A stretch of DNA of 64,000 nucleotides from Hemiscyllium ocellatum. Taxonomy: Eukaryota. How positions within the stretch are numbered: the stretch's first letter is position 1; every line of letters starts with the position of its first letter. The stretch is from contig NC_083412.1 in NCBI RefSeq assembly GCF_020745735.1, forward strand, positions 14,192,235 through 14,256,234, in the 5' to 3' direction. The position numbers and the translations under genes were made by a program. Below the pieces are notes generated by a model. It was not told the origin of the DNA. It made no database searches and saw only the letters and a program-made list of their open reading frames with translations. Shown here piece after piece: positions 12,351 through 25,372 of the stretch.

Positions 12351-13739
12351 GAGCCAACATTGCGAACAATAGACAATAGAATGAGAAGGTCACGTACAGA
12401 ATGCACCAAAATGAAAATGAGGAGTATCAACGTGATAACATTCCTTTTCTAACTGGCGACGAATGATTCCATTTGAGTAGCAAAACGAAAGAGATTGACG
12501 GAACAAAGTCTGTGCAAAATATTGTGAGCAGTGAGCAACACTTTGTAGATTACTGAACAACAAATGCATAACTACAAGAGGTACTAGGTGTGCCAAACTA
12601 TCAATTTTTCCCAAGCAATCCGTTCTCAGTGAGTAAATCAGATCCAAAAATAAATGACCTCGAGGAAAGTAACATTGAACACAGCACGCCAGACTGGGAA
12701 ACTCAATGACAGTCTCCTGTCTACTCTTCCGCACTGAACTCACTGATCCACACATCTAGACAGAAATTTGAAAAACAAGACATTGACTAAATAAATTAAA
12801 AACATGTTTTAACAAACAGTCTGTCTTTTGATTTGAAATCCTTTTTGTGCAATACTTTGATCAGTTTGTTCCTATTTAGTTCCCCCGGCCTAACGGTACC
12901 ACTCGTTTTATATATACGATTCTTTTCACAAAACAGCTGCTGTGTTGATGAGGGAATCCGAGGTCTAATCAAAGAGCTCACTAACGGACGGTCCCCGAAG
13001 GCTGGCATGGAGTTGGATGTGACAGATGAGCCAAAATCCTCAGTTTTTCCACAAAAAATATTTTGTGTCTCTCACTAACTCCATCAAGCACAGCAGGAAC
13101 TGACTCTGAATGAATCCTGTTTGCTTGTAACTTAATATTTCAACTTGAGATCAATTCAAACATATACTACATTATTACCAACAATTACTGTTTCTATCTG
13201 CAACACAGCTCCTAAACGCATCCATGCCTGAGCTTATAATTGGTGAGATAGTCATTCATTCCACTGTTACTTCTGGAGCCGGGTATTCAAGTGCCACATC
13301 GGCCTGACGCCAGATGAAAAACTCTATATATTTACATTGGTTAAGTTCCTTCCACCCTCCTGATTTGTTTTCCCAGCAAATTCAATTTCTTGATCATCCA
13401 ATAACCGTCATGACATTCGACATATAAATCTCCAAATTTTCGTTTTTAATTTGTTACTCACGGATTTAAATATTTCATGTTGTACACTGATGTCATTCCT
13501 TTTTCGGCTGACATAAATCTTGTTTTATAAATGCTCTGCGATAGTGTTTCATCTTGTATTATGCTATAAATGTTATTAGCTGCTGGAGATGTTAGCTGCT
13601 GTGACGGTTAAAAAATAACATATTGCATTGAAATACATCAAATGAAATGGCAGATAATATTGCCAGAATAAAAGGCAAGACTAAGAATCGGGAACAATTC
13701 AGGAACCAGTAAAGGAAGACCCAAAACCTGCTTAGGGGA

Positions 13740-14720
13740 AGAGCAGAATATGAATGCAGCCTTCTCTCCAAGCCAAGATCCTTCTAACACTCACAGCCCA
13801 ATTCGCATCTCATTTGTTAACTCCCCAACAGCAGTCCAAATCTTGCATGAGACAATGTTCATTCCAGCCATGTCAAGATGTATATTGCCCATCGTGTTGA
13901 GGTCCAACCTGCTCCAGAGCTGCTCTCATTGCCCCTTAACAATGCTGCCTGACTCCCAAGTCCGAATTCTAGCCACATTTCGATTATTCAATGCTTGTTT
14001 CGATCATCACGAGTCACTCAGTGTGAGATCACGGTGCTACAGTTTCTGCCTTTCAACCTTGCTGCGAGCTGTCTCAAACTTCCACTTATTATAACATCCC
14101 CACCATCCTATCGTATTCATTGCAACCAACATGGAGCAATACCTCTGCTGTTTGATCCTGCTCCAGCAGAATTTCTTGCACCTGTTCTGTGATATCCTTG
14201 ACCCTTGCAGCAGAGCGGTTATCAGAGCACGCTGAAGGCATGTTTATAAATGTAGATCTGAAGCATGTTCCTCTGACGAAAGAACACAATCCCAATACTG
14301 CATGCCCACTCTTCTCCCTCTATTTCTGTTCAGATAAGGCGTTTCCTGCTGTCACTGATATGCCTGTGTCTGCATTCCCCCGATGAATCCTCTCCATCAC
14401 AAGTGCCTAAAGTGGTGTGGGATTTGGATACTCTCAGTAGACTTTTGGATTTTCAAGCATTCCCAATTTGCACGCACACCCCGAAACTATGGTGGGACCA
14501 CCTACACAGATGTGTTATTTCCCTAATCCTCCTATCCTGCATGGGGCACCGCCACTCTTGTTCCAGGAAGTAGAGAAAAGTTTATGCAAAGTATGACATT
14601 TCCTGGAGATATGTTGCTCTCTTGGACATCGAGCGTCCCAGAATCCCACATTTCGCTGGGTGACCACTTCTTATCAGTGGAAATGTCTGAGCATAATCAG
14701 AAGTTTCTGACCAGTTATAA
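13740..14720 (-). mobile_element. CR1 ORF1 fragment (zinc-finger and esterase region)
   Basis: Esterase-like ARVKDITEQVQEILLEQ...VLLHVGCNE and N-terminal MWD..C motif. Mirror copy at ~44420-45400 (+). Confidence 0.7.
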
Positions 14721-15079
14721 CGTGTTGAACTCGTTACCATTTCGTCTCAAAAAAATTTCCTTCCGCTGCATCATGTTAGTAACCACGTATTGAGTATTCC
14801 CCACCCAATGAAAAAAAATTGAAAAGTATCCCTCTTTCAACCAATCTCCCATTCATCAAATGTATTCTCTGCAAGGTCACCACTTTAAGATCTGTCAATT
14901 TCTTCTTCTTCCAGTACTACAGTTGCTTTGATAACACAGCACAGAGCTCATTTTGTATCATAAAGATACACTCCTTGCCATTTGGAAAGTTCAGAGTAAG
15001 CGCCAACCTTGGGAATAATTGGTACTTCAAACAGGAAGAGTCTCACACTTTATCCAATCATGTGTTGTAACCTTTCTGG

Positions 15080-15283
15080 AATAAAAAGTGAGGTCTGCAG
15101 ATGCTGGAGATCAGAGCTGAAAATGTGTTGCTGGTTAAAGCACAGCAGGTTAGGCAGCATCCAAGGAACAGGAAATTCGACGTTTCATCAGGAATGATGC
15201 AGGGCTCTGGCCCGAAACGTCGAATTTCCTGTTCCTTGGATGCTGCCCAATCTGCTGTGCTTTAACCAGTAACACATTTTCAG
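15080..15283. mobile_element. Short non-autonomous hairpin element made of two inverted Penelope-type termini, 11-bp TSD
   Basis: 70-bp inverted arms 15117-15186 / 15214-15283; direct repeat aacctttctgg at 15069-15079 and 15284-15294; absent from the paralogous site at ~44040-44060. Confidence 0.88.
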
Positions 15284-15989
15284 AACCTTTCTGGGAATGC
15301 CTGAGACCAATGGTGCAGGTAGAGTTTGACTCTGTAACCTAACATCACATTGCTGTACTGCTGAATGTTTCGAGATCTTGCTTTGTACCTGATGGCTATT
15401 TTACTTGGACGGAGCATGTAAAAAAAAGAGCCTTCAGGAACAGTGAATTTTATCCTACACGAAAGATTGCGTGAAAATATACCAATGATGTATTCTTTCT
15501 CTACAATACTGAACATTAATTGCAATGTTCCAGACAATTGCTGGCGTGTAGCATGTATTTTTGTTCACATTTTCCGTCTCTCTGTGATACAGTTATCTGG
15601 TCGTCACATGAGACTGTTTCAGGTGCACAGCATAATTTCCTATTCAAGCCTGTTAGAAAGAATAGGGAAGGAAACTCTGACATTTTATTGTCATAACCAT
15701 CAAACTGTTTTCTGCATACTCCGTTCATATCAGTTGTTCACGTGATATATGTCCACATTACTTGGGTGATTATGAAACATCAAATTAAAATAAAAACTTT
15801 TCAATTCTCTGTTCGTGAGAAAACTTCAGACATTTCAATATGACACGATCTGGTAAAAAGAGTGATTTATAACTGTGTACGTTCTTTGCGAATCTGCAGG
15901 ATCTCCATCTTTTGAACTGAACGCTTACAATTAAATGTACAGTTAAAGCTGCTACGTAGCAAGCAGTACAAAGAATTTGTGGCACCGTC

Positions 15990-17180
15990 ATGGAATCACA
16001 GAATGATAGAGCATGGAACCTGACCATTTGATCCAACAGGTCCGTGCTGAACAGAACCCCAAAGTAAAGTAGTACGACCTGCCTGCTCCAGTCTCGTGTT
16101 CCTTTATATATTACCTATTCATGTATGTATCGTGATGTGTTTTAAATGTTGTAACTGTACCCGCATCCACCACTTCCTCACGACTTTTATTCTACACACA
16201 AACGATGCTCTGTGCAAAACGTTTACTTGTCATGCTTTCTTTAAATACATGTCTTCTCACCTTCAAACTGTACCTGCTAGTCTTGAAACTTCCCATCCTT
16301 CAGTCCAATTTGCATATACCAACCAGATAACTCAAACTATTCGAGTTCCTTTTGCCATCAATCTGCCAGAATTCCTCTGAACCGTTCCTATTCATGGAGC
16401 TCTCCAGATGACTTTGAAATGTTGTTATTGCAGCAGTCTCCATCACTTCTTCTGGAAACTCATCCCATACATGCACCAAAATCTGCATGAAAACTTTGCA
16501 CCTTACATCCCTTTAAAATCCTTCCCTCTAATCCTACACTTCTGCCCTCCAGTTTTGGACTCCACCATCCCAGGAAAAAGACCTTGCCTATTTGCTGTAT
16601 CCAAGCCCCTCATGATTTTTAAAACTTTTTCTGTTCAACCCTTAACTTCTGACGCTCTAGGTGTAAACAGCCCCAGTCTTTTCAGCCTCTCCCCACAGAT
16701 CAAAACTTCCAGCTCTGGCAACATTCTTGGAAATATTTTCTCAAACCTATCAAGTTTAATAATATCCTTCCTGTATGAGGCAGACCAGAAATATGCACAA
16801 TATTCCAAAAATAGAGTGGCCAAATCAATGTCATTTTCAACTGCAACATGAGCTCCTAACCCCTTTCCTCAATGTACTGAACAATAAAGGAAAGCATACC
16901 AAATGCCTTATTCATTATTCTATCTACCTTCGACTCTGCTTTCAAGAAAATATCAACCTGCTTTCCAACGTCCCTTTGCTCAGCGATAATCCACTTACCA
17001 TGAAGTGCATAAGTCCTGCCTCACATTTACCTGAATTAAATATCATCTGCCACTCTTCAGTCCATTGGCCCACTTGTTGAAGGTGCCATTGCACTGCGAG
17101 TTAATCTTATTCGCTGTCCACTGCACCTTCAATATTGGTGGTATCTGCAAACTTACGAACTGCGCCACCTATGTTTGCAT
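15990..17180 (-). mobile_element. Two adjacent/nested CR1 3' fragments
   Basis: LEYCAYFWS..YRKDIIKLDR..K.F.RMLPELE..ERLKRLGLF and two 3'UTR-type segments. Mirror copy at ~42110-43350 (+). Confidence 0.8.
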
Positions 17181-18879
17181 TTTTCGCACTCTCCCATCTC
17201 AGTCTTGAAACACTTTTTATCTCTGCAGCATGTTCCAAAAACCACATCAACACCTTATTTCTTTGCGAGTTTCAAGAAGATTTGTAGCTCAGATTGAGGT
17301 TCTAAACGTAAGTTTGCTGGGGGAGCTGGAAGGCTCTTTTTGAGACATTTCGACAACCGAGCATGAGTAAGTCTCAATTGAAGTTTCACTGGAGATGCGC
17401 TGATTATGTCAACTATTATGGTGGGAAACTTTTGGAAACCAAGCTTCCAGCTCAGCGTGCAAACTTACATCCTGAACCCCTTCATTCTGAAACTAGCTCC
17501 TGCACGAACAAACCTATTTCTTGAAAATCCTCCAACCCCAATACACCTCCTCATCTCTGTAACCCCTTCCTGTCTCTGTAGTCTCCCGATCTCTGGATTA
17601 TACTCCAGCGCCTACATCCCTCCCTATCTCTGTCAACTCTTCTAATAACACAACCTGCTCAACTTCTGTATCATCCTTCAGCGATGCTGGGATTGGCTCA
17701 GACAGATGAGGCAAGTAACACTTCGGATTGAAGGTGCTGAACCATGTTAAAATCAATTCTTCATATTTTATCAGTTTAAGTAAGAGTTCATCTTCCTGAG
17801 AATAAATCATTGAGCACCAGCTCCTCATTTTCCCACAATTCCTCAGTCACTGCAAGGTGAGGAACTTTAGGCTAGTCTTTTAAACCTCGCCAACTTATGC
17901 CTGAGCATCTTGATGACAGTCTCTTATTACCGTCGTGTTGTATGTGTGAAGTGAGACTGTTTTGATCTTCTTTGTGATGACATTCACTGCTGGAGAGATC
18001 AGCCACAGACCCAGTTGATACAGTGACTTTGTCTTCCCTGTATTTACTCGTGCAGCCTCGTGCCTCAAGCCAAAGCCAGTCGACAAACCGATTGTGCTGT
18101 CTCATCTCTCTCTGTGATGTACGCCGTGAGGTCACAGTTTGATCCATTTTGGTCAAGGGATGTCACCGCGTTCAACAGTGAGGTAATCAAACCCTCACTT
18201 TTCTCAGATTACAGCATGTGTATATTGCAGAATGCACACAGCATTTCCAGACATAGACAGTGGAGTGGTTGAATATTGATGAATGATGGGGCTGTGACAG
18301 TTCTTTGTGCCTTCATTTAGTAATAGCTAGTGACCATTTGTTACTCTTTACAACTCACTAGTGGTCACCCAGGACTGGGAGATTGATCAGTGATGCGGCT
18401 GAGAATTCGGATAATTCATCTCCCTTCCTTATTTCTGCGTGTTTCTCCAGCCACATTGAAGCCAAGCTATGTCTGCAACATCCAGTTGCCTTGTGGGAGA
18501 TTCATTCTGAGGTTAAAGGTTGTTCATTAGCGATACATAAAATGAAGGTTTTATTTGTTTCAGAGGATCTGGGACACGGCATTTCCATTAGAGGACACAC
18601 CCACAGCTGGCGGACATTATCGTTTGTCTTCGCAATGAAACAGTTCTGGAATTTTCAATATCTGTTTGGCCACTGGGCAAGTGCCAGATGAATGCAGGAT
18701 GAAAAAGGCGGTTTCACTATTTTAAGAATGGCCTCAGAGATGAACCAGGGAATCATGTATCTAGCAGTGAAACTATTTAAATAAACATTCAGAAGAGGAG
18801 AATGAATTCCCATTGGAATGGTATTGGTTAATTAGGGCTTAACAGCATGGATTTTTCAGATAGTGGTCATACCTAACAA

Positions 18880-19140
18880 ATACTTAGAACTTCTTTTGAA
18901 AACATGGAGATGTGTATGGATGTAGGAAGTTCGTTTGATGCAGTTTCTATCCATCAAATATATCTATTGAGCAAGGCTTTTGACAAGGTCTTGCATGGGA
19001 GACTGATTAAGAAAGTGAAAACACATGGGTATTAGTTAATATTGTCAAGGTGGATCAGAAACTGGCTGTGTAACAGGACATAAAGAGTTGTGACAGAAGG
19101 CTGTTTGACTGGGAACCCGTGCTCAGTTGTGTTTGTCCAG
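18880..19140 (+). mobile_element. Old CR1 RT fragment
   Basis: SKAFDKVLHGRLIKKVKTHG...WIRNWL.NR reading at ~18970-19080. Confidence 0.75.
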
Positions 19141-20138
19141 ATAATCAGAGTACCCAGCTAAACACACCAGAGCAAATAAACGATTCAAGATTCATCTTCC
19201 CTAAAATGTACTCATCTAGAACTCAAAACAAAAGGTAGAGAATGGAGTTAGCAATAGATTAAAGCTCTCTCCACACTGTCTGCATCAAACATTTCCGGGA
19301 TACGAATAGCACAGGAAACTCGATCGGTCATGTTTCAGACAAATATTTAAAGGATAGGCACAATCCGTATAGAGATGAAAATGTTAAACTCAGTCTAAAC
19401 TGTCTCTAACACACATTCCAAACACAGAAGCACACGCATGCTCAGTGATTTATCAAGATAAACAGGGTCAATAAGAGGGATGTCAGTGATGTCTCTGGAT
19501 GGGCAGTAACACTAAGAGATAGATCAATGATGTTTCCATTATTGGAAGCCCATTTTGTTCACTGAGTCCCCTTCCCTCAGGAAAGGCAGCATGTTCTCCT
19601 TATTTAGTCCTTCATGTGTCACCATATCCTGGGAAATGGTGGATGGAGAATACGTTCTGACCCCGAGAGCAATGTTCACATTCAGCATGTGAGAACATTT
19701 GAGTGAAATGCTCTTTGTTAAAAAGGTCAGATCCAAACCTAAAGAACAGAAGGACATCTCTGAGACACATTTTCACACTTGGAATAAAATGGCTTGACGG
19801 AGAATCAGTTGCAATAATTTGCGATCTCGGGATGGGACTCGTGGTGTTTGAATGGTCAGCATAATTGCTGGCAGATTCCAAATACGGTTTTCACTGTTTG
19901 ATGACAATGTACTGAGACGCCATGCTGAATAACTGGACTTCCACTCATTACATTAATGAGTTAGATCAATTTAAAAAAAACTAAAAGAAAGCAATAACAC
20001 TGATCAACTCTGCAAACTCTATCTCCCCAAGGAGCTTCCATAAAGGACAAGGCAGCGTCTCTGGAAATGCATCAGTTCAGAATTTCAAACAAGGAGCTTG
20101 TCAGCTACCTGAAGAGACAGATTACTTCACACAGAAAA

Positions 20139-20201
20139 ATGAATCAACCAATTGATCTCGTGGATTGTTCTAAACAGTCTTTGCTTTTATTGGCATCACT
20201 G
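20139..20201 (+). pseudogene. Putative disabled first coding exon of the GPCR pseudogene at 21577
   Basis: ATG AAT CAA CCA ATT GAT CTC GTG, then a frameshift to F*TVFAFIGIT-G|gtgtgg. This resembles the first half of TM1 and ends in the phase-1 donor needed by the downstream exon. cataaag TATA-like at ~20040. Confidence 0.55.
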
Positions 20202-20476
20202 GTGTGGTATTATGATGATTGAACTCGTTCTAATCTGCTGCTGACCTGTTCTCTGGCTTCAGCTTTTGACAAATGATGTCCCCAGCTCACTGAGTGGTCA
20301 GCATTATCCAGAGATCGGAACAGTTACAGTAATACACTGAGCAGCATTCTCGTTACAATTCATCACTGACAGAGGCTTCCAACTTCACTACTTTTGCAGC
20401 ATTTTCTGATCTCAGTATTCTCTCATTTTTCTCGGTTTTATATGATTTTAAGCTCTGAGGAGAGATCATGCAAGTT

Positions 20477-20517
20477 AGATCTGATGAAGGGTCATTTGAC
20501 CCGAAATTTTAAATCTG
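20477..20517 (+). ncRNA. Minimal hammerhead ribozyme-like motif in a PLE-derived terminus
   Basis: CTGATGA-A-GGGTCA-TT-TGACCC-GAAA; stem III/I region degenerate. Confidence 0.55.
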
Positions 20518-21576
20518 GTTTCTCTCCCACCGATTTTGTCAGTTGTACAGTGAAAGCGTTGAAATTATTTTGCAAATTAAGCATATTTCCTGTCGAATGT
20601 TTAAGATTAAGCGTTGATATGATTGAATTCCGACAAGATATTAGCAGGAAAAGACAGGAAATATTGAATATTTCTATTGGTTGGTGTTTCTAGGACGAGG
20701 GAGCAGAGTTTAAGAATGCGTGCTGGAGTTTTCAGGAGAGATGTTGTGAATCGTTTCTGCACAGAAAGGGTGGGATAGATTTTGGACTCTTCCAGAAGCA
20801 GCAGGAGATGTTGTATTAATTCTAACATTTAAATCTGCATCAATTTTCCTTTTGCTAAGAAAATGATTTGGGTGATATCCATCCCGTTTTGAATTTTAAA
20901 CCTTCATCTAACTACCAATCATCTGGAATTCTGTCTCTTCTCAACGTCTCCCGTCAGGAGATTCACATCACGACAGATTTACTGCCTGATTCCTGCACGT
21001 TGAGACCTTTATCATGTTCAGACATGTCATCTACGGGGCAAATGTCACAGCAGTCCTAACATTCTGACAATGTCACGCAGTTTAGGTGCTGCACTTGTGG
21101 AAGACGTTTGAGTAGTCTTGTGTGAAACCTTACAGTTTGAGATTACCGGGCTTCTGATTGACTTGCGCCTCTGATCAGGATTTGATCCAATTCTAATTGC
21201 ATGGGATGGACTAACCCAAGTGGAAGGGAAGAATTCTGCGCATGTCAGAGTTGTAGCCGAGACCTGTGGGAATCTATTACAGTCACTCAAACTGTTATTT
21301 TGCAAACAAACAAATCACAGGCTTCCTTTTGCTCTCCGGGGAGGGTCTATGACCTAATACTCTCTCCAATCCCATGATCCCTATCGTCATTGGGCTGGAG
21401 GACAACCCGAGATGGTGGAAAATGTTAACATTCAAACTCATTCAACCACAGCCACTTCTACTCACACATTGCCCTCTGTTTTGTTGGCAAAACTAAATTT
21501 ACTGTGGTCTCTGGAACAGGCAGAGTAAGAATCTGATCAGTAATCTATTGCATCGTTTCCCATTTGTCATCCACAG

Positions 21577-22470
21577 TTATTCTGCTGCCAATTGCAGTCA
21601 TTCCCCAAGGAAAATGTGGAACTTCCCTTTGCACGATATGTTACTCGTTGGTTTTTGAAGGTTCCAATCTGATGATAGTTATAACTGGGTTTAGATTGTG
21701 GATATTCCCTTATTATTACGTGCAGTCTTTCCTGGACATCACTCCTGTGTGCATTATTACTGGGGTTCTGTGTCCTGCAGCCAGAGATTGATCTATTTGT
21801 TTCACTGTCACATTCTCCTTTCACCGATTTGTGACCATTTGTTATCAGAAGCTGAGTACAAAATATTGCACCGAGAAAAATCCAACTGTGTTTCTTGTAT
21901 CAGCCTGCTCCCTGCTGTGTTTGATTAACATCCCCTTCAATTCTCAATATGCAGCTTGTGTAATAATTAACAATATGACATTCTAGTGTCAAATACTTTC
22001 AGGCTACTTTACTGAGACTTGGTGCGTGGCTTTAGATTGGCTGGATATGGTTTTGAAACACTTATCTGGCATTCACTTTAATTTTGTTGCTCACCCCTCT
22101 GACAGTGAGGCACATTTCAGTTACCAGCGAGTTCAGAAGAGGCTGGAGGGTGAAAACAAAGGAGAGATTTTTTTTTAAAAAATCGTATGTGAACAGCAGA
22201 AGGAAGTCTCTACTTTTGCACTTCACCATATCTTGGAGCATTTTACTCCTGTGACTAATCAAGTCGTAGAAATGTTCTTACCATTATGTCATTCAAGTGT
22301 TCAATATTGATCATTCCCTCCTTTTTCTACATCATTCCAGTGCAGTTTGTTTCATGCTGTGAAACCCAAGTTGTTGCCCAAATGCATTTAGTTATGCTGC
22401 AACATTGTCAAGGTTCAGAGCTAAGACCAACAACGCGGTAAAATACCTGGTTACACGAATTTCTGGCATA
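21577..22470 (+). pseudogene. GPR139/142-like GPCR pseudogene, terminal exon
   Basis: ccacag acceptor; GKCG.S.CT, SFLDITPVC, D*SICFTVTFSFHRFVTICYQKLSTKYCTEK, LTVRHI, SRRKS, SCCPNAFSY, VKYL. At least four stops (first TGA 21789-21791) and frameshifts. Confidence 0.92.
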
Positions 22471-22534
22471 ACGGAAAAAACAAAACTCCTGCATGAAATC
22501 CACAGGAGGCGTCCATGATTTCCAGACCATGGAA

Positions 22535-23040
22535 TGAATTCTTTTTATTCACTCTAGAGATGTGGGCATCACTGGCTGTGTCAGTGTTTATTAGCTGCAC
22601 CAGTTCACCCCGAGAAGATGGCAATGAAATACGTTCTTGAACTGTTGCCGTCCAAATGCTTGAGGTAGGCCAGCAAAGTAGTTAGTGTGGACATTCCATG
22701 ATCTTCAATGACTATAAACGTCAAAGACATGATGGCGAATGACTTGCAGGGAAGCTGATAGCAGTTGGTATTCTCATATATCTGTTGCCTTTGACCTTCA
22801 AGTCGAAGTGGTCGGATGTTTGGAAGGTGCTTTCTGAGGAAATTTGCGGAATTTCTGTCGTGAATCTTTTAGATGCTACACACTAGTCCAGCTGAGCATC
22901 AATGCTGGAAGATGTGGATATTTGTGGAGGTGGTGCCAATGGAGCGCCCTGTTTTGTACTGAATGGTGTTAGGTTTCTTGAGTGTTTTTTGGAGCTGCAC
23001 CAATCCAGGCAAATTGGACATGCTCCATCACACTCCCGAC
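22535..23040 (-). mobile_element. Old LINE 3' fragment (L2/CR1-group, common shark repeat)
   Basis: ttttattcactc..gatgtgggcatcactggc..tttatt signature recognised as a common chondrichthyan LINE end; highly diverged. Confidence 0.55.
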
Positions 23041-23499
23041 AGACAATTCTTATACCAGTAGAGGGAAGGATTCGTGCTGAAAATAGCTGGATTCACCAAT
23101 GCAACGTATTCAAAGAAATTGCCTGGGGCAATAGAATTTCGTAGCTGGTAAATCTCATCAGTTTGAAATCCTTTCGAACTCTCAATCAAAATGAAGTCCT
23201 TCTGAGGGTTCTGATGAAATTAAATTAAATGGTTATCCAAGAAAGATATTTGGCATTTAAATGCACAGACTCTATCCTTATTAACAATTCAACGGACCCA
23301 TACTACTGCCACAAAAAGACCACACCATGACGTTTTGACGTGCAAAATTGTGGCAATTGATGGCATAATGTTATCAGAACCGACCTACCAAAATTTAATT
23401 GTACAGGAAAATTTCCTAAGTTCAGAATGATGTTCAGTAAAACAGTAATTACGTAGAATGATGCATCAATTTGTTTGACTGAGACAGGTAAGAAGGGGT

Positions 23500-25372
23500 A
23501 AGATTAAGGAACCTTGGTTAACGGGGATAGAGGAACTTCTCGTCAAAGGGAAGAAGGCAGTTTACATAACGTAGAGGATGCAAAGATCTTCACAGAATCA
23601 GAGGATAACAGGCTTGCTGGAAAGGAGCTCAGAGGTGGACGGACGAGAGCCAGGAGGGGAAGGAATAAGGCTTGGCATGAAGGATAAGGGAGAACCCAAA
23701 GGCCTTGTACTCATAGGTGAGGCACAAAAGAACGTTCAGAGATAAGGTTGGGCCGATCAGGGATAGCGGAGGGAAATTGTACGTGGAGTCTGAGCAGACA
23801 GGGAAGCCGTAAATGAATTCTTTTGCTTCTGTTTTCACCACGTAAATGAAAACTTATTGGAGCTGGGATACAGTCTTAACCAGATCAAGATTGATTAAAT
23901 AGACGAGCTAGAAATCTTTGAAAACATTAAAATTGATAAGTGACCAAGGCCAGAATCGTTTTATCGTCGGCTGCTCCGGTAAGTGATGAAGGAGTTTGTT
24001 AAGCCCCTGGCGAAGATATTTGCCTCCTCCCACTCGACAGGGGTCATACCGGACGATTGGAAGGAGGCGACTGTTGTTGCTGTGTTTAAGAGTGGTAATA
24101 GGGAAATCCCAGGAATTACAGACCAGTCAGTATTACGTTTGTGGTCATCAAAGTTTTGGACAGAATTCTGAGAGATTAGATTTATGACATTTTGATAAAG
24201 CGGAGCAGAAATAACAGCACATAACGGCTTTGTGAGGGGCAGGACGCGCCTCAAAAATCTTGTTGAGTTCTTTGAGGAGGTGTCAAGACAGGTCGACGAC
24301 GGTTGAGCAATGAATGAGGTGTATCTGGAGTGCAGTAACGCATTTGATAAGGTTCCCCATAGTATGCTCATTCATAAAGTCAGTCAGTATGGCATACAGG
24401 GAGATTGGGATATCGGAATTCAGAATTGACTGGCTGACAGAGGGCAGAGAGTGTTTGTAGATGGAAAATATTCTGCCTGGAGGTCAGTGTTGAGTGGCGT
24501 CCCGCAGGTCTCTGTTTTTGGGTCTCTGCTTTTTGTAGTTTTTATAAATGGCTTGGATGAAGAGGTTGGGGATGGATTAGTAAATTTGCTCATGACACAA
24601 AGGTTGGAGGTGTTGTGGATAGAACAAAGCGATACTGCAGGCTGCAGCGCGATATAGACAGGATTCAGAGCTGGGCTGAGAAATGGCAGATGGAGTTCAA
24701 CCTGGATAAATGCGAAATGATGCATTTTATAAGGTCGAACTCGAATGTTGAATATAGGTTTAAAGACATAATTCTTGGCAGTGTGGAGCAACAGAGTGAT
24801 CTGGGTGTGGAAATGTATAGATCCCTAAAATTTGCCACCCAAGTGGATTGGTTTGATAAGAAAGCAATTGGGGTTTTGGCTTTCATTAACAGGGGGATTG
24901 AGTTTAAGTGCCTCAAGGTTTTGCTACAACTCTACAAGTGCCTGGTGAGACGACAGTTGGAATATTTTGTCAAATTCTTGTCGTCCTACTATAGGAAAGA
25001 AACAGATGCTTTGATTGAGGTGAACAAAATAACGAGTGGAAGAGATAGATTCAATAACCAGAGAAATGTCCCCGGGCAGCATTGACTGGTACGAGTAGTC
25101 ATAGTTTAAAGGTATTAGGAGAAAGGTATAAACGAGACGTCAGAGGAAGGTTCTTTATGCAGACAGTTGTGAATGCATAGTATGCATTGCCCGCTGTGGT
25201 GGTGGAACCCCAGAGTCATTGGGAACATTTAAGCGACTGCGAGACATGCACATTGATAGCAGTGAGTTGAGGGGTGCATAGATTAAATTACTATATTTTA
25301 CATTAGGATTAAATCTCGGCAAATCTTCTTGGGCCAAAGGGCATATGTTGGACTTTTCTATCTTCTATGTTC
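23500..25372 (+). mobile_element. CR1 LINE, 5'-truncated (RT and tail)
   Basis: IPDDWKEATVV.VFK.G, AFDKVPH, SGVPQ.SVFG.LLF..FIN.LD, LQRDIDRIQSWAEKWQMEFN.DKC; tail ttctatcttctatgttcta. Confidence 0.92.

Larger units (their letters stand above)
1..17741 (+). repeat. Left arm of large inverted segmental duplication (partner 41561-57344); continues beyond window start
   Basis: Collinear reverse-complement matches throughout: 1-50 = rc 57295-57344; GPCR exon 11464-12350 = rc 46783-47669; 17725-17741 ggattgaaggtgctgaac = rc 41561-41578. Unique DNA and TE junctions are shared. Confidence 0.97.

Noticed and set aside
23360-23385. 14-mer aatgttatcagaac shared with ~62822
   Set aside because: Flanks do not align convincingly; compatible with chance.
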